DNA of 64,000 bases from Eubacteriales bacterium (GCA_045540175.1 JAZQGU010000033.1:18539-82538); one strand, 5' to 3'. Numbered from the stretch's first letter, positions 46,612-57,423 are shown. Numbers and translations: made by a program. The notes: generated from the sequence alone by a model not told the origin.

Positions 46612-47052
46612 TTACTTAATACCCGTGGACCCAAATCCACCCTCACCGCGTTCCGTTTCGTCAAGCTCGTTTACGACCTCGTAATTTGCCTGAATTACGG
46701 GCATTATCATAAGCTGACCGATTCTTTCGCCGTTTTCGACAGTCTTTGGTTCGCTGTCGTTATTGACCATAGCGAAGAAGATCTCTCCGCGGTAATCGCT
46801 GTCGATAACGCCGATACCGTTAGCAAGGGCAAGTCCCTGCTTAAGAGCAAGGCCGCTTCTCGCGCACACGATAGCAACGTAATCCTTGCTCGGAAGCGCG
46901 ATAGCGATTCCCGTCGGTATCGGACGGCGCTCGCCCGGCTGAAGAACTATCGGCTCGGGTAATAGTGCGTAGAGATCGCAAGCGGCGGCGCCTGCGGTTC
47001 CGAGCGTCGGAACGTGTGCGCCCTCGCGGAGAATCTTGATTTTAATATTCAT
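46612..47052 (-). CDS. dut: dUTP diphosphatase
   Basis: 146 aa. GAAACDLYA, GVIDSDYRGE and RGEGGFGSTG motifs. Confidence 0.9.
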   Translation of the reverse strand: MNIKIKILREGAHVPTLGTAGAAACDLYALLPEPIVLQPGERRPIPTGIAIALPSKDYVAIVCARSGLALKQGLALANGIGVIDSDYRGEIFFAMVNNDSEPKTVENGERIGQLMIMPVIQANYEVVNELDETERGEGGFGSTGIK

Positions 47053-47062
47053 ACATTTTTCC

Positions 47063-48778
47063 TCACTTGATGCGTTTTATCGCCTCGCGCTCCTTTGGCG
47101 GAAGCTTATGCGTATATGCGTAGAGAGTTCTCATTACCTCGCCTCTGTCCTCGCCCGTGAAGATGAGGTGTCTTTCCTCAATTCCCGAGGCGTCAAGGCG
47201 GTCAAGCTGGTCTGCCATATAGATATTAACGCTGTTATAAAGGATATCCCTGCCCTCCTCGGAATAAACCGGGAACGATGCGCCCCTGTTATCGCGGAGG
47301 ACCTTTTTTTCAACGGGCTTATGAAGAGTCATTAGCGGAAGCCTTCCGTAGACGATCGCGCCCTTTCTTACTCCTTCGGGAAGAACTATATCTCTTATTT
47401 GCGGAAGAATAAGCTCCGCCGAGAGAATTATGCTATTAAGGTCACCGTTACTCTGCCAGAAGTCGGCGGAATAATTATTAAACACGTTAAGACGGTGGCT
47501 TCCGTGTGCGGTAAGACCGAATTCACGGACAAGCTCAAGCTGACCGATATTATGGACAAGCACGTGCTTTGCCCCCTGTTCTACGGCTCTTTCAAGCAGG
47601 CGCTTGACATTATCAAGCTCGCTGTCGAGGATAACGGGCGGAAGCGACACGCCGTTTGACACGCTTCTGTACTTCGAGAGCGGCAAATAGGTTATGTCGA
47701 TATTGTGCTTTTCGGGGATCTGTCCCGCTTCTCTGAAGGAAGCGGTAAATACCGCCTTCTCGGTTCTCCTCTTCTGCGGAAAATCAAGCTTCGACGGGAT
47801 CTCGGGAGCCGTTTTAACGCTCTCCTCAACGGGCTTTATTGAGCCGCCTTTGAAGCCTTCCTCGCTTCTCGTCTTCGCAATATCGTTTTCGGTGCGGATG
47901 CCCAGCATATTTTTGCCGATATTTCCGGTATAATACCCATCGGTAAAGCCGCTGCGCGAGAAGAGACGCTGAAGCTCGTTTATCTCGTCGCGGGTCGCGT
48001 TTCTACCTTCGTCAAGGAGACGGCGGTATATCTTCGTCACGCCGTATACGTAGGACGGGCTCTTCATTCTTCCCTCGATCTTAAAGGATCTGACGCCCGC
48101 GTCACTTAGTTCCGTAATATGAGAAGCGAGACACATATCCTTCATCGATAGTGGATATTCCCTGTTATAGCTCATACGGCAGGGCTGAGCGCACTGTCCG
48201 CGGTTTCCGCTTCGTCCACCGAGCATCGCGCTCATAAGGCACTGTCCCGAAACGCTCACGCAAATCGCACCGTGAATGAACATCTCGATCTCCGCGCGTG
48301 ACTGACAGAGCGTTCTGATATTTTCTATATCCATTTCCCGAGCACCTACGACGCGGTTAAACCCGAGATCGTAGAGCTTCTCTGCGCCCGCAAGGTTATG
48401 AACAGTCGCCTGCGTTGACGCGTGAAGCTCAAAATCGGGAATATGCTTTTTGATAAGAGACGAAAGTCCCATATCCGCCGTTATCAGCGCGTCAACACCG
48501 CTTTCATAAAGAAACGCCGCGTGGTCAAGCGCGCTTTTCAGCTCGCGGTCGTATATCTGGGTATTGAGCGTGACGTATGCCTTGACGCCGTTTTCGTGTA
48601 AGTATCCGACCGCCGAACGGATATCGGCGCGGTCGAAATTTTTCGCATTCATTCTCGCATTGAATACCGTTCCGCCAAAGTATACCGCATCCGCTCCTCC
48701 TTCGACCGCCGCAGTCAGAGCGTCAAGCGATCCGCAGGGAGAAAGAAGCTCAGGCAGAGCCTTTTTTGTTTTTTCCAT
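47063..48778 (-). CDS. Peptidase U32 family protein
   Basis: 571 aa. EMFIHGAICVSVSGQCLMS matches the U32 signature E-x-F-x2-G-[SA]-x-C-x4-G-x-C-x2-S. Confidence 0.85.
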   Translation of the reverse strand: MEKTKKALPELLSPCGSLDALTAAVEGGADAVYFGGTVFNARMNAKNFDRADIRSAVGYLHENGVKAYVTLNTQIYDRELKSALDHAAFLYESGVDALITADMGLSSLIKKHIPDFELHASTQATVHNLAGAEKLYDLGFNRVVGAREMDIENIRTLCQSRAEIEMFIHGAICVSVSGQCLMSAMLGGRSGNRGQCAQPCRMSYNREYPLSMKDMCLASHITELSDAGVRSFKIEGRMKSPSYVYGVTKIYRRLLDEGRNATRDEINELQRLFSRSGFTDGYYTGNIGKNMLGIRTENDIAKTRSEEGFKGGSIKPVEESVKTAPEIPSKLDFPQKRRTEKAVFTASFREAGQIPEKHNIDITYLPLSKYRSVSNGVSLPPVILDSELDNVKRLLERAVEQGAKHVLVHNIGQLELVREFGLTAHGSHRLNVFNNYSADFWQSNGDLNSIILSAELILPQIRDIVLPEGVRKGAIVYGRLPLMTLHKPVEKKVLRDNRGASFPVYSEEGRDILYNSVNIYMADQLDRLDASGIEERHLIFTGEDRGEVMRTLYAYTHKLPPKEREAIKRIK

Positions 48779-49281
48779 TTTTTACATTCCTTTATATAAA
48801 CGGTGATATTCCTCATTAAAACTATGTAATACTATTATTATACTACTTATTATTCAATAATGGAATAGCAAAATAGAACAAAAAAGCAAAAAGGACACTG
48901 AAAATATTAAATGAATGGCAAAAAACACTTGTTTGCAGACTTGCTTTCCATCAAATAGAATTTTCCGTTTTTGAAGTTTGCGGATAGCACGAAAATCTTC
49001 CTCGGCAGCGACATTAAAAATTTCAAAAAGCAAATGGAGATCTCGTTGTTGTAAAAGTAGATATATAAGATCTGGCTTTTCGGTAGAGGATACTTTGAAA
49101 AAACGGCACATTCCGCTAATTTAAATTTAATTTTCCTGTGTCGAAAATTTTGTATTCTCCGGGTATACAAAATTCCCCCTCATGGCAGTAGTTCCATTCT
49201 ACCATAAGGGGGATTTATATTGTCCGTTTTTACGAACTTATGAAGACCGCCGTCCGGAATGTCTTTTAATCCGGTTACCTA

Positions 49282-50400
49282 TTAATTCGTAGTATCGGGG
49301 TCGGTAGTATCAGGAGCACTCGTGGGAGGAGGAGTTTCAAGAGGAGCTCTCTTGCCTTCCTCAAGAGTTATCGTCACGATAAATCCGTTCATATTGTCAC
49401 CGCTTATCGTATAAGGGCGGTTTTCCGAAACGGGAACCTTAACTGTTCCTTCCTCAGGAGCTGTAATGTAATATACCTCGTAGGTATTTCCGTCCGCGCT
49501 CTTGAAGGTGTAGTTTCCGACTCCGTACTTATGATCGGTTCTCAGCTTTTCAAGATATTCTTCAAGACAGAGGTTGTTTTTATACATATACTCCGCGTGA
49601 GGCATTCCCACGTAACGGAGCTGCCAAGGCTCTGCATAACCGACTATCGACTTCTTATTGTTCGGCGCACGGAAGATGAAGCCGTACTCGTGAGCGTGTT
49701 CCTTCAGCCAAGCCGTCTCGCCTGCCGTCGTGATATTGACGGTCTTTCCCGTTTCGGGATTGTAGCCGTTAAAGCGGAAGGTCGCGCCGCTGTGCCAGTC
49801 GCTTGCTCCTGCAGGCGTATCGGTTGCGCCCTTTTCGAAAAGCGCCTTCTGAGAATCAAAGTCGTAGTACGCCTTGTTGATATTAAGGTAAGTATATCCC
49901 GTAACAAGATAGAAATCGTCCATCATCTGATTGAGAGCAACTACCGCCTCATATTTCATCTGGTGTGTCGATTTCGAAAGCTGATACGACTTATAGGTCG
50001 GGCGGTTTTCATAAAGCGAAGCAAGAAGTCCTTCTTCCTTGAAACCGTAAAGATACTGCTCGTTTATAAGCTGAAGGAATCCGAGCTTAAGATCGTCTCT
50101 CGTCTTATCGACGTATTTGATCTTTACCGCATTCGGGTCTTCGGTGGTATCCGTGGTATTATCGGGGCCCTTATCCGTCGTATCCTCGGTGCTTGAAGAT
50201 GTGGGGGGATTTATATCGGTTTTGCCTCCGTCCTTTTTATCGGCAAACATTCCCGTTCCCGTGATAGACATAATGAATATCACGACGAACGCGATAAGCA
50301 CCGCCGTCATTATCAGCACGAGAGCCGTGCGGACGGGATTTGGCTTATTGTTCTTATAGCTTCTTATCGGAGCCGAGCCGAAGCCGTTACCTTTGTTCAT
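49282..50400 (-). CDS. Membrane-anchored M15B (VanY/LdcB-like) peptidase-fold protein
   Basis: 372 aa with an N-terminal TM and a Thr/Asp/Pro-rich linker. The C-terminal EHAHEYGFIFRAP...YAEPWQLRYVG resembles the D,D-carboxypeptidase VanY fold. Metal motifs look atypical. Confidence 0.65.
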   Translation of the reverse strand: MNKGNGFGSAPIRSYKNNKPNPVRTALVLIMTAVLIAFVVIFIMSITGTGMFADKKDGGKTDINPPTSSSTEDTTDKGPDNTTDTTEDPNAVKIKYVDKTRDDLKLGFLQLINEQYLYGFKEEGLLASLYENRPTYKSYQLSKSTHQMKYEAVVALNQMMDDFYLVTGYTYLNINKAYYDFDSQKALFEKGATDTPAGASDWHSGATFRFNGYNPETGKTVNITTAGETAWLKEHAHEYGFIFRAPNNKKSIVGYAEPWQLRYVGMPHAEYMYKNNLCLEEYLEKLRTDHKYGVGNYTFKSADGNTYEVYYITAPEEGTVKVPVSENRPYTISGDNMNGFIVTITLEEGKRAPLETPPPTSAPDTTDPDTTN

Positions 50401-50420
50401 ATAATATCCCTTTCAGGTAA

Positions 50421-51515
50421 TTATTTGTAATTGGAAATGCTTTCGGAGATCTTGAGGAGCTTTTCAACTTCCTTTGTTCTCATATCGCAGAATTCCTTCA
50501 TTTCTGCCTGTCTCTCGGGAGAGTAGTTCTTAAGCGCCTCGGGAGCAGACATGCCGGGGGTAAAGGTGCTCTTATAGAGCTTATCGATTACGATAGCTTC
50601 CTGGATATCGGTAGCGACCATCTCTCCGTCGCGCTCGCAGACGAATACGTTTTCCTTGCCCTCGAGAAGGAAGTCAACTGCCGCAACACCCATATTTGCC
50701 GCAAGAACGCGGTCGCGGAGCGTGGGAGAACCGCCGCGGACGATGTGTGCAAGACGTGCAAACTTGGTCTCAACGCCTGTCTCGGTCTGGATGCGCTTAG
50801 CAAGACCCTCCGCATAGTTATCAACGCCCTCTGCTACGATAACGATGAAATTACGCTTGCCTGCCTCGCGTGCGACCTTGATCTTCTCGATAACGGTTGC
50901 TTCATTATAGTTAGCGTCCTCGAGAACGACAACTGCCGTTGCGCCGACTGCGATAGAGGTCTCAAGAGCGATATATCCCGCGTTTCTTCCCATAACCTCA
51001 ACTACGTTACATCTCGCGTGAGATTCGCAGGTGTCGCGGAGACGGTCAACAGCCTCGATTACGGTGTTCATAGCCGTATCGTAGCCGATGGAGTTATCGG
51101 TGCAGGTGATATCGTTGTCGATCGTTCCGGGAATACCGATGCAGGGGATTCCGTGCTTGCAGAGGTCGGATGCGCCTCTAAAGGTTCCGTCACCGCCGAT
51201 GGTTACGATACCGTCGATTCCGAACTCGTGGCAGGTTTCAACTGCCTTCTGAATATATTCTTCCTGCTTGAACTCAACGCAGCGAGCGGAATAGAGAACT
51301 GTTCCGCCGATATTGATGATATTCGAAACGTCGTGGGGAGCGAACTTCTTGATGCTTCCCTTTCCTTCGATAAGACCCTTGTAGCCCTCGTAGATTCCGT
51401 ATACCTCAAGGCCCTTATTAAGGGCGTATCTCGTTACGGCTCTTACCGCCGCGTTCATACCGGGAGCATCGCCTCCGGAGGTGAGTATTCCTATTTTCTT
51501 AAACTGCTTTGCCAT
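50421..51515 (-). CDS. pfkA: ATP-dependent 6-phosphofructokinase
   Basis: 364 aa. IGILTSGGDAPGMNAA, TIGGDGT and PGTIDND. Confidence 0.92.
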   Translation of the reverse strand: MAKQFKKIGILTSGGDAPGMNAAVRAVTRYALNKGLEVYGIYEGYKGLIEGKGSIKKFAPHDVSNIINIGGTVLYSARCVEFKQEEYIQKAVETCHEFGIDGIVTIGGDGTFRGASDLCKHGIPCIGIPGTIDNDITCTDNSIGYDTAMNTVIEAVDRLRDTCESHARCNVVEVMGRNAGYIALETSIAVGATAVVVLEDANYNEATVIEKIKVAREAGKRNFIVIVAEGVDNYAEGLAKRIQTETGVETKFARLAHIVRGGSPTLRDRVLAANMGVAAVDFLLEGKENVFVCERDGEMVATDIQEAIVIDKLYKSTFTPGMSAPEALKNYSPERQAEMKEFCDMRTKEVEKLLKISESISNYK

Positions 51516-51750
51516 GGTTATTCTCCTTTATGCCATTAGTATTACCAATTTATAGATATGATAATACATTTTCCGTGAAAAATCAATATCAAAGAGGTAA
51601 AATTTCTGTTTTTTGGCAGATAATTACGTCCATATATTATATAGAAGCGTTTTACATTTTGCCATCTTTACCAAAATATCCTCAAACGGCGTCACCCGAG
51701 CTTAAAAAAATGTGCAGTCTGCTGAAAATACAGCATAAGTGAATATTTTC

Positions 51751-51779
51751 TTGACAAAAATCAAAAAAGGTTGTAGAAT
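51751..51779 (+). promoter_or_regulatory. str operon promoter
   Basis: TTGACA-17 nt-TAGAAT. Confidence 0.65.
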
Positions 51780-51841
51780 AGACTATGTCTGGTAAAATGC
51801 TATCCGACGACAAACAAATACTAAAGAAAAGGAGGTGCGGT

Positions 51842-52255
51842 ATGCCAACTTTTAACCAGCTCGTTAAGCACGGCCGTTCCGAAAAGGATTACAAGTCGAA
51901 GTCCCCTGTTCTTCAGCACGGATTCAACACTCTTTCCGGAAAGCAGACCGATCTTAGCTCCCCGCAAAAGAGAGGCGTTTGCACAAAGGTAACCACCACA
52001 AGCCCTAAGAAGCCTAACTCTGCTCTTCGTAAGATCGCAAGAGTTCGTCTTACAAACGGTCTTGAAGCAACAACTTATATCCCCGGTATCGGACATAACC
52101 TGCAGGAACACTCTGTAGTACTGATCCGCGGCGGAAGAGTTCGTGACCTTCCCGGTGTACGTTACCACATCATTCGCGGTGCGCTTGACGCTCAGGGCGT
52201 TGCAAACCGTAAGCAGAGCCGTTCTAAGTACGGCGCTAAGAGAGGTAAGAAGTAA
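51842..52255 (+). CDS. rpsL: 30S ribosomal protein S12
   Basis: 137 aa from ATG 51842 with [24 protein letters not shown]...[10 protein letters not shown]. Confidence 0.97.
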   Translation: MPTFNQLVKHGRSEKDYKSKSPVLQHGFNTLSGKQTDLSSPQKRGVCTKVTTTSPKKPNSALRKIARVRLTNGLEATTYIPGIGHNLQEHSVVLIRGGRVRDLPGVRYHIIRGALDAQGVANRKQSRSKYGAKRGKK

Positions 52256-52417
52256 TTCTACCGCTCGTCTCCTCTGCCGAAAGGTGATATTGTTCGGCGG
52301 AGATCGTTTGTTTGTCAGTTGAGAATATAAATTATTCCGATATCTGACGAGCACAAACGAAGAAATTTATTTTCGAGTACCTGTGATATCATATTATTAA
52401 TGAAGGAGGGAAGTACA

Positions 52418-52888
52418 GTGCCGAGAAGAGGTCAGATATCAAAAAGAGACGTCCTGCCGGATCCGCTTTACAATTCCAAGCTTGTTACCAAGCTTATCAA
52501 CAACGTAATGCTCGACGGTAAGAAGGGCGTTGCACAGAAGATCGTCTACGACGCATTTAAGGTTGTTGAGGAGAAGTCGGGAAAGAATGCTCTTGAAGCG
52601 TTCACCACCGCGCTTGACAACATAATGCCCGTTCTTGAAGTTAAGGCAAGACGTGTAGGCGGTTCTACCTATCAGGTTCCTATGGACGTTCGCCCCGAGA
52701 GACGTCAGACTCTTGGACTCCGTTGGCTCGTAACTTATTCGAGAAGCCGCGGCGAAAAGACCATGGCAGACCGTCTTGCTGCTGAGATCGTTGATGCAAT
52801 AAACGGCGTCGGCGGAGCAGTCAAGAAGCGTGAAGAAACTCACAGAATGGCTGAAGCTAACAAGGCTTTCGCTCACTACAAGTATTAA
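52418..52888 (+). CDS. rpsG: 30S ribosomal protein S7
   Basis: 156 aa from GTG 52418 with [31 protein letters not shown]. Confidence 0.95.
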   Translation: MPRRGQISKRDVLPDPLYNSKLVTKLINNVMLDGKKGVAQKIVYDAFKVVEEKSGKNALEAFTTALDNIMPVLEVKARRVGGSTYQVPMDVRPERRQTLGLRWLVTYSRSRGEKTMADRLAAEIVDAINGVGGAVKKREETHRMAEANKAFAHYKY

Positions 52889-52932
52889 TTCGTCAGAGCA
52901 CCGAAATTGGTGCGTGATTTAAGGAGAATCCT

Positions 52933-55005
52933 ATGCCAAGAGAATACCCTTTGGAAAGAACCAGAAACATCGGTATCATGGCGCACATCGACGCAGGTAA
53001 GACCACTACTACCGAGCGTATCCTGTTCTATACGGGTAAGACCCACAAAATGGGCGAGACCCACGACGGCGGTGCTACCATGGACTGGATGGCTCAGGAG
53101 CAGGAGCGCGGAATCACCATCACCTCCGCAGCTACTACATGCTTCTGGAAGGATAACCGAATCAACATCATCGACACCCCCGGACACGTCGACTTCACCG
53201 TTGAAGTTGAGCGTTCCCTTCGTGTTCTTGACGGTTCGGTAACCGTTTTCTGCGCTAAGGGTGGCGTTGAGCCCCAGTCTGAGACCGTTTGGCGTCAGGC
53301 TGACCAGTACGGCGTACCCCGTATGGCGTATGTAAACAAGATGGACGTTATGGGCGCAGACTTCTACCGTGTCGTTGACATGATGAAGACTCGTCTTAAG
53401 ACTCACCCCGTGCCGATTCAGCTTCCTATAGGCTCCGAGGATACCTTCAAGGGTATCATCGACCTTATGAACATGGAAGCAGACGTATATTATGACGATA
53501 TGGGTAAGGACATGCGTGTCGAGCCCATTCCGGCAGATATGCTCGAAAAGGCTCAGGAATACCACGATGCAATGGTTGAGGCTATCGCCGCTACCGACGA
53601 TGACCTTATGGAGAAGTACCTCATGGAAGAAGAGCTCACCGTTGACGAGCTCAAGGCCGCTCTTCGAAAAGCAACCATCGCAAACCAGCTCGTTCCCGTT
53701 TGCTGCGGAACCTCTTATAAGAATAAGGGCGTTCAGAAGCTCCTCGATGCAGTCATCGACTATATGCCCTCCCCTCTCGACATTCCCGCTATCAAGGGCG
53801 TTAACCCTGATACCGACGAGCCCGACGAGAGAAAGGCATCCGACGAAGAGCCCTTCGCAGCACTCGCATTCAAGATCATGACCGACCCCTTCGTCGGAAA
53901 GCTTTGCTTCTTCCGCGTTTACTCGGGTACTCTTGAAGCAGGTTCGACTGCTTACAACCCCGAGAAGAAGGCAAGAGAGCGTTTCGGCCGTATTCTTCAG
54001 ATGCATGCTAACGAGCGTAAGGATATTGATAAGGTTTATGCAGGCGACATCGCCGCTCTTATCGGTACCAAGAATACCACTACCGGTGACACCCTCTGTG
54101 ACGAGAATCATCCTATCATTCTCGAGCAGATGGTATTCCCCGATCCCGTTATTAACGTAGCTATCGAGCCGAAGACCAAGGCAGGTCAGGAAAAGATGGG
54201 TAACGCCCCTGCGAAGCTCGCAGAGGAAGACCCCACGTTCCGTACCCACACTGACGAGGAAACCGGACAGACGATCATCGCAGGTATGGGCGAGCTCCAC
54301 CTCGAGATCATCGTTGACCGTCTCCTTCGTGAGTTCAAGGTCGAGGCTAACGTAGGCGCTCCTCAGGTTTCTTACAAGGAGACCATCCGTCAGGAAGCTA
54401 CCGTTGACACCAAGTATGCCCGTCAGTCGGGTGGTAAGGGTCAGTACGGTCACGTTAAGCTCACTATCTCCCCGAACGAGCCCGGCGCAGGCTACGTCTT
54501 TGAGAATACCGTTGTCGGCGGTGCTATTCCGAAGGAATACATCCCCGCTGTTGACGCAGGTATCCAGGGCGCTATGCAGAACGGTGTAGTTGCAGGTTAT
54601 AACGTTGTTGACGTTAAGGTCAACCTCTTCGACGGTTCATACCACGAAGTCGACTCTTCCGAAATGGCATTCAAGATCGCCGGTTCTATGGCGTTCAAGG
54701 AAGCTATGAGAAAGGCAGACCCCGTGCTTACCGAGCCGATCATGAAGGTCGTTATCACAACTCCCGACGACTATATGGGCGACGTAATCGGCAGCGTAAA
54801 CTCCCGCCGCGGTAACATCGTTTCGATGGATCCCGTTGCAGGTGCTACCCAGATCACCGCTCATGTTCCGCTTTCCGAAATGTTCGGATATGCAACCAAC
54901 CTCCGCTCCATGACTCAGGGACGCGGAAACTACTCAATGGAACCCAGCCACTTCGCTGAAGTGCCGAGATCCATTCAGGAAAAGGTCATTGCCGGCAAGA
55001 AATAA
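52933..55005 (+). CDS. fusA: Elongation factor G
   Basis: 690 aa. [29 protein letters not shown]. Confidence 0.97.
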   Translation: MPREYPLERTRNIGIMAHIDAGKTTTTERILFYTGKTHKMGETHDGGATMDWMAQEQERGITITSAATTCFWKDNRINIIDTPGHVDFTVEVERSLRVLDGSVTVFCAKGGVEPQSETVWRQADQYGVPRMAYVNKMDVMGADFYRVVDMMKTRLKTHPVPIQLPIGSEDTFKGIIDLMNMEADVYYDDMGKDMRVEPIPADMLEKAQEYHDAMVEAIAATDDDLMEKYLMEEELTVDELKAALRKATIANQLVPVCCGTSYKNKGVQKLLDAVIDYMPSPLDIPAIKGVNPDTDEPDERKASDEEPFAALAFKIMTDPFVGKLCFFRVYSGTLEAGSTAYNPEKKARERFGRILQMHANERKDIDKVYAGDIAALIGTKNTTTGDTLCDENHPIILEQMVFPDPVINVAIEPKTKAGQEKMGNAPAKLAEEDPTFRTHTDEETGQTIIAGMGELHLEIIVDRLLREFKVEANVGAPQVSYKETIRQEATVDTKYARQSGGKGQYGHVKLTISPNEPGAGYVFENTVVGGAIPKEYIPAVDAGIQGAMQNGVVAGYNVVDVKVNLFDGSYHEVDSSEMAFKIAGSMAFKEAMRKADPVLTEPIMKVVITTPDDYMGDVIGSVNSRRGNIVSMDPVAGATQITAHVPLSEMFGYATNLRSMTQGRGNYSMEPSHFAEVPRSIQEKVIAGKK

Positions 55006-55073
55006 GTCGGTTCTGATACAATTAAACTAAAAAACAAAAAAATTAAATTTTTATTAAACGGAGGATAATAACA

Positions 55074-56276
55074 ATGGCAAAGGCAAAATTTGAAAGAACC
55101 AAACCCCATGTTAATATCGGTACCATCGGTCACGTTGACCATGGCAAGACCACCCTTACCGCAGCTATCACCAAGTACCTTTCTCTCGGGAACGGCGCAG
55201 AGTTCATGGCTTATGACCAGATCGACAAAGCTGCCGAGGAAAGAGCTCGTGGTATCACAATCAACACCCGTCACGTTGAGTACGAGACCGCTAACCGTCA
55301 CTATGCACACGTTGACTGCCCCGGACATGCTGACTACGTTAAGAACATGATCACCGGTGCTGCTCAGATGGACGGCGCTATCCTCGTTGTTGCAGGTACT
55401 GACGGCCCTCTCGCTCAGACCCGTGAGCACGTTCTTCTTGCTCGTCAGGTTGAAGTTCCGCAGCTTGTTGTATTCATGAACAAGACCGACCTCGTTGACG
55501 ACGAAGAGCTTCTTGACCTCGTTGAGATGGAAATTCGTGACCTTCTCTCTTCCTACGACTTCGACGGTGACAACGTACCGATCGTTCGTGGTTCCGCTCG
55601 TGACGCTCTTACCTCTACAAACACCGACGCTTCCGCTCCTGAGTACGCTTGCATCGCTGAGCTTATGGACGCTGTTGACAGCTACATTCCTACTCCTGAG
55701 CGTGGTGCAGACCTTCCCTTCCTTATGCCTGTCGAGGACGTATTCTCCATCTCCGGCCGTGGTACTGTTGCTACCGGTCGTGTTGAGAGAGGTACTGTTA
55801 AGGTAGGCGACGTTGTTGAGATCGTTGGTCTTTCCGATGAGAAGAAGAACACCACCGTTACCGGTGTCGAGATGTTCCACAAGCTCATGGATCAGGCTGA
55901 GGCTGGAGACAACATCGGTGCTCTTCTCCGTGGTATCGCTAAGAACGAGATCGAAAGAGGTCAGGTTCTCTGCAAGCCCGGTACCGTTCAGCCCCACACC
56001 AAGTTCTCCGGTAACGTATACGTACTTACCGAGAAGGAAGGCGGACGTTCCAAGCCCTTCTTCCCCGGCTACCGTCCTCAGTTCTACTTCAGAACTACTG
56101 ACGTTACCGGTACTATCGGCCTTCCCGCAGACGTTGAGATGTGCCGCCCCGGCGATAACGTTGTTATGAACGTTGAGCTTATCACTCCTATCGCTATCGA
56201 AAAGGGACTTCGTTTCGCTATCCGTGAGGGTGGTAGAACTGTTGGTTCCGGTGTCGTTACCGAGATCAACGGCTAA
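55074..56276 (+). CDS. tuf: Elongation factor Tu
   Basis: 400 aa. [35 protein letters not shown]. Confidence 0.98.
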   Translation: MAKAKFERTKPHVNIGTIGHVDHGKTTLTAAITKYLSLGNGAEFMAYDQIDKAAEERARGITINTRHVEYETANRHYAHVDCPGHADYVKNMITGAAQMDGAILVVAGTDGPLAQTREHVLLARQVEVPQLVVFMNKTDLVDDEELLDLVEMEIRDLLSSYDFDGDNVPIVRGSARDALTSTNTDASAPEYACIAELMDAVDSYIPTPERGADLPFLMPVEDVFSISGRGTVATGRVERGTVKVGDVVEIVGLSDEKKNTTVTGVEMFHKLMDQAEAGDNIGALLRGIAKNEIERGQVLCKPGTVQPHTKFSGNVYVLTEKEGGRSKPFFPGYRPQFYFRTTDVTGTIGLPADVEMCRPGDNVVMNVELITPIAIEKGLRFAIREGGRTVGSGVVTEING

Positions 56277-56304
56277 TCTTAGTTAAGATTTAATTAAGAC
56301 CCTT

Positions 56305-56342
56305 AAAAGCCCCAAACGCCCATAAGGGTGTTTGGGGCTTTT
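56305..56342 (+). terminator. Terminator of the str operon
   Basis: AAAA-GCCCCAAAC-gcccataagggt-GTTTGGGGC-TTTT. Confidence 0.85.
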
Positions 56343-56349
56343 GTATTTA

Positions 56350-56670
56350 TTTTTCCGCATTTCTTTGCCCACGCAAAGAAACTCTCGCAAAGAAACGTGC
56401 CAAGGAGACAACCGATAAAAATGCGTACGCATTTTTATACGTTTTCTCCTTTGGAAACCTCTTTCGATAAATGATAAGTTGGCATGTTTATCAATGGAGA
56501 TATAATCCTTGGGGCGTTTGAAACTTTTTTGCAACATAGTAAATTCCCCTTTATGAAAGGGGATTCCAAAGGGGAAAACGTGTGCAGAATTTTGCACGGC
56601 AAAATTCAAACCCGTTGTCACCTTGGTGCCGTTCTTTGGTCACCTTTCTTGGGCAAGCAAGAAAGGTGAG
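56350..56670. repeat. AT-rich nested-hairpin mosaic element, copy C (most complete)
   Basis: Holds all modules seen in copies A and B, including two nested hairpins in opposite orientation (56400-56454 and 56558-56616) and TCACCTTTCTTGGGCAAGCAAGAAAGGTGA. Confidence 0.85.
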
Positions 56671-56679
56671 AATAAAAAA

Positions 56680-56790
56680 TCTTTTTGGGGCGTGGTGAAA
56701 TTCCACACCGGCGGTGACAGTCCGCGAACACTTATGTGCCGAATGGGTGAAACTCCCATACCGACGGTATAGTCCGGATGAGAAAAGAGA
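56680..56790 (+). promoter_or_regulatory. FMN riboswitch (RFN element)
   Basis: GGGGCGTGGTGAAATTCCACACCGGCGGTGACAGTCCGCGAAC...GGGTGAAACTCCCATACCGACGGTATAGTCCGGATGAGAAAAGAG matches the conserved RFN core. Closing helix CTTTT/AAAAG. Confidence 0.85.
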
Positions 56791-56795
56791 ACTGT

Positions 56796-56835
56796 GCTTT
56801 GCGTCCCCTTTTGTCGACGCGAAGCTTTTTCTTTT
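56796..56835 (+). terminator. Riboswitch expression-platform terminator
   Basis: GCTTTGCGTC-cccttttgtc-GACGCGAAGC-TTTTTCTTTT. Confidence 0.7.
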
Positions 56836-56856
56836 CGTAAGAAAGGAGAACATATT

Positions 56857-57423
56857 ATGAAGAACAACAAGAGATCAAACAAGACAGTTCCGGCCAAAAA
56901 GCTCGTCTCGCTTGCGCTTTTTACCGCGCTTGCGTTCATTTTCAGCTTCTGGTCGTTTCCGATATTCCCTGCCGCGCCGTTTTTGAAGCTCGACTTCGGA
57001 AACGTGTTTATAATGCTTTCGGGCTTCCTCTTCGGACCCGTTGAGGCAATCGCAGTAACTCTCGTCAAAGAGCTTTTGGCACTCACAAACAGCACTACAG
57101 GCGGTGTCGGCGAGATCGCAAACTTCCTTATGACAAGCTCGTTTGTAATCCTTCCCTCGATCCTTTACAAGTTCCGCAAGGGATTAAAGACCGTTGCGTT
57201 CTCACTTTGCGGTGCCTGCGTTATCGGCACAGTGACCGCGGCGATCGCAAACAGATACATCACATTTCCGCTTTACATGGGACCTGCCGCCGCGGCTGTT
57301 TTTAACTCGGTTTTTTGGTACGTTATAGGATTTAATGTTCTCAAAACCGTGTCAATCAGCATTATAACCGTGTTACTCTATAAGCGGCTATCAAAGTTTT
57401 TGACCGAGTTTGGGGCGAAATAA
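56857..57423 (+). CDS. ribU: ECF transporter S component, riboflavin-type
   Basis: 188 aa from ATG 56857 with AAAGGAG RBS. About 5-6 TM segments. Substrate is inferred from the FMN riboswitch. Confidence 0.75.
   Translation: MKNNKRSNKTVPAKKLVSLALFTALAFIFSFWSFPIFPAAPFLKLDFGNVFIMLSGFLFGPVEAIAVTLVKELLALTNSTTGGVGEIANFLMTSSFVILPSILYKFRKGLKTVAFSLCGACVIGTVTAAIANRYITFPLYMGPAAAAVFNSVFWYVIGFNVLKTVSISIITVLLYKRLSKFLTEFGAK

Noticed and set aside
48854-49170. Two overlapping minus-strand ORFs (85 and 87 aa) in the AT-rich island
   Set aside because: They have no RBS, overlap each other in different frames, and have Phe/Leu/Lys-rich composition typical of AT-rich non-coding DNA.
52256-52417. Unusually long (162-nt) rpsL-rpsG spacer as a novel element
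   Set aside because: It contains only a weak imperfect hairpin. An S7 autoregulatory site in this intercistronic region is an established explanation in other bacteria, and nothing is repeated elsewhere in the window.
52885-55997. Long antisense ORFs opposite fusA and tuf (52885-54453, 54975-55997). Similar cases lie opposite glyA (20816-22114), pfkA (50745-51539), GH42 (15817-17328), galM (4098-5231), glgP/glgA (36023-36919, 37016-37762, 38678-39646) and DUF4091 paralog 1 (6581-7867).
   Set aside because: These are shadow ORFs of strongly codon-biased genes. The sense-strand products are unambiguous conserved proteins.
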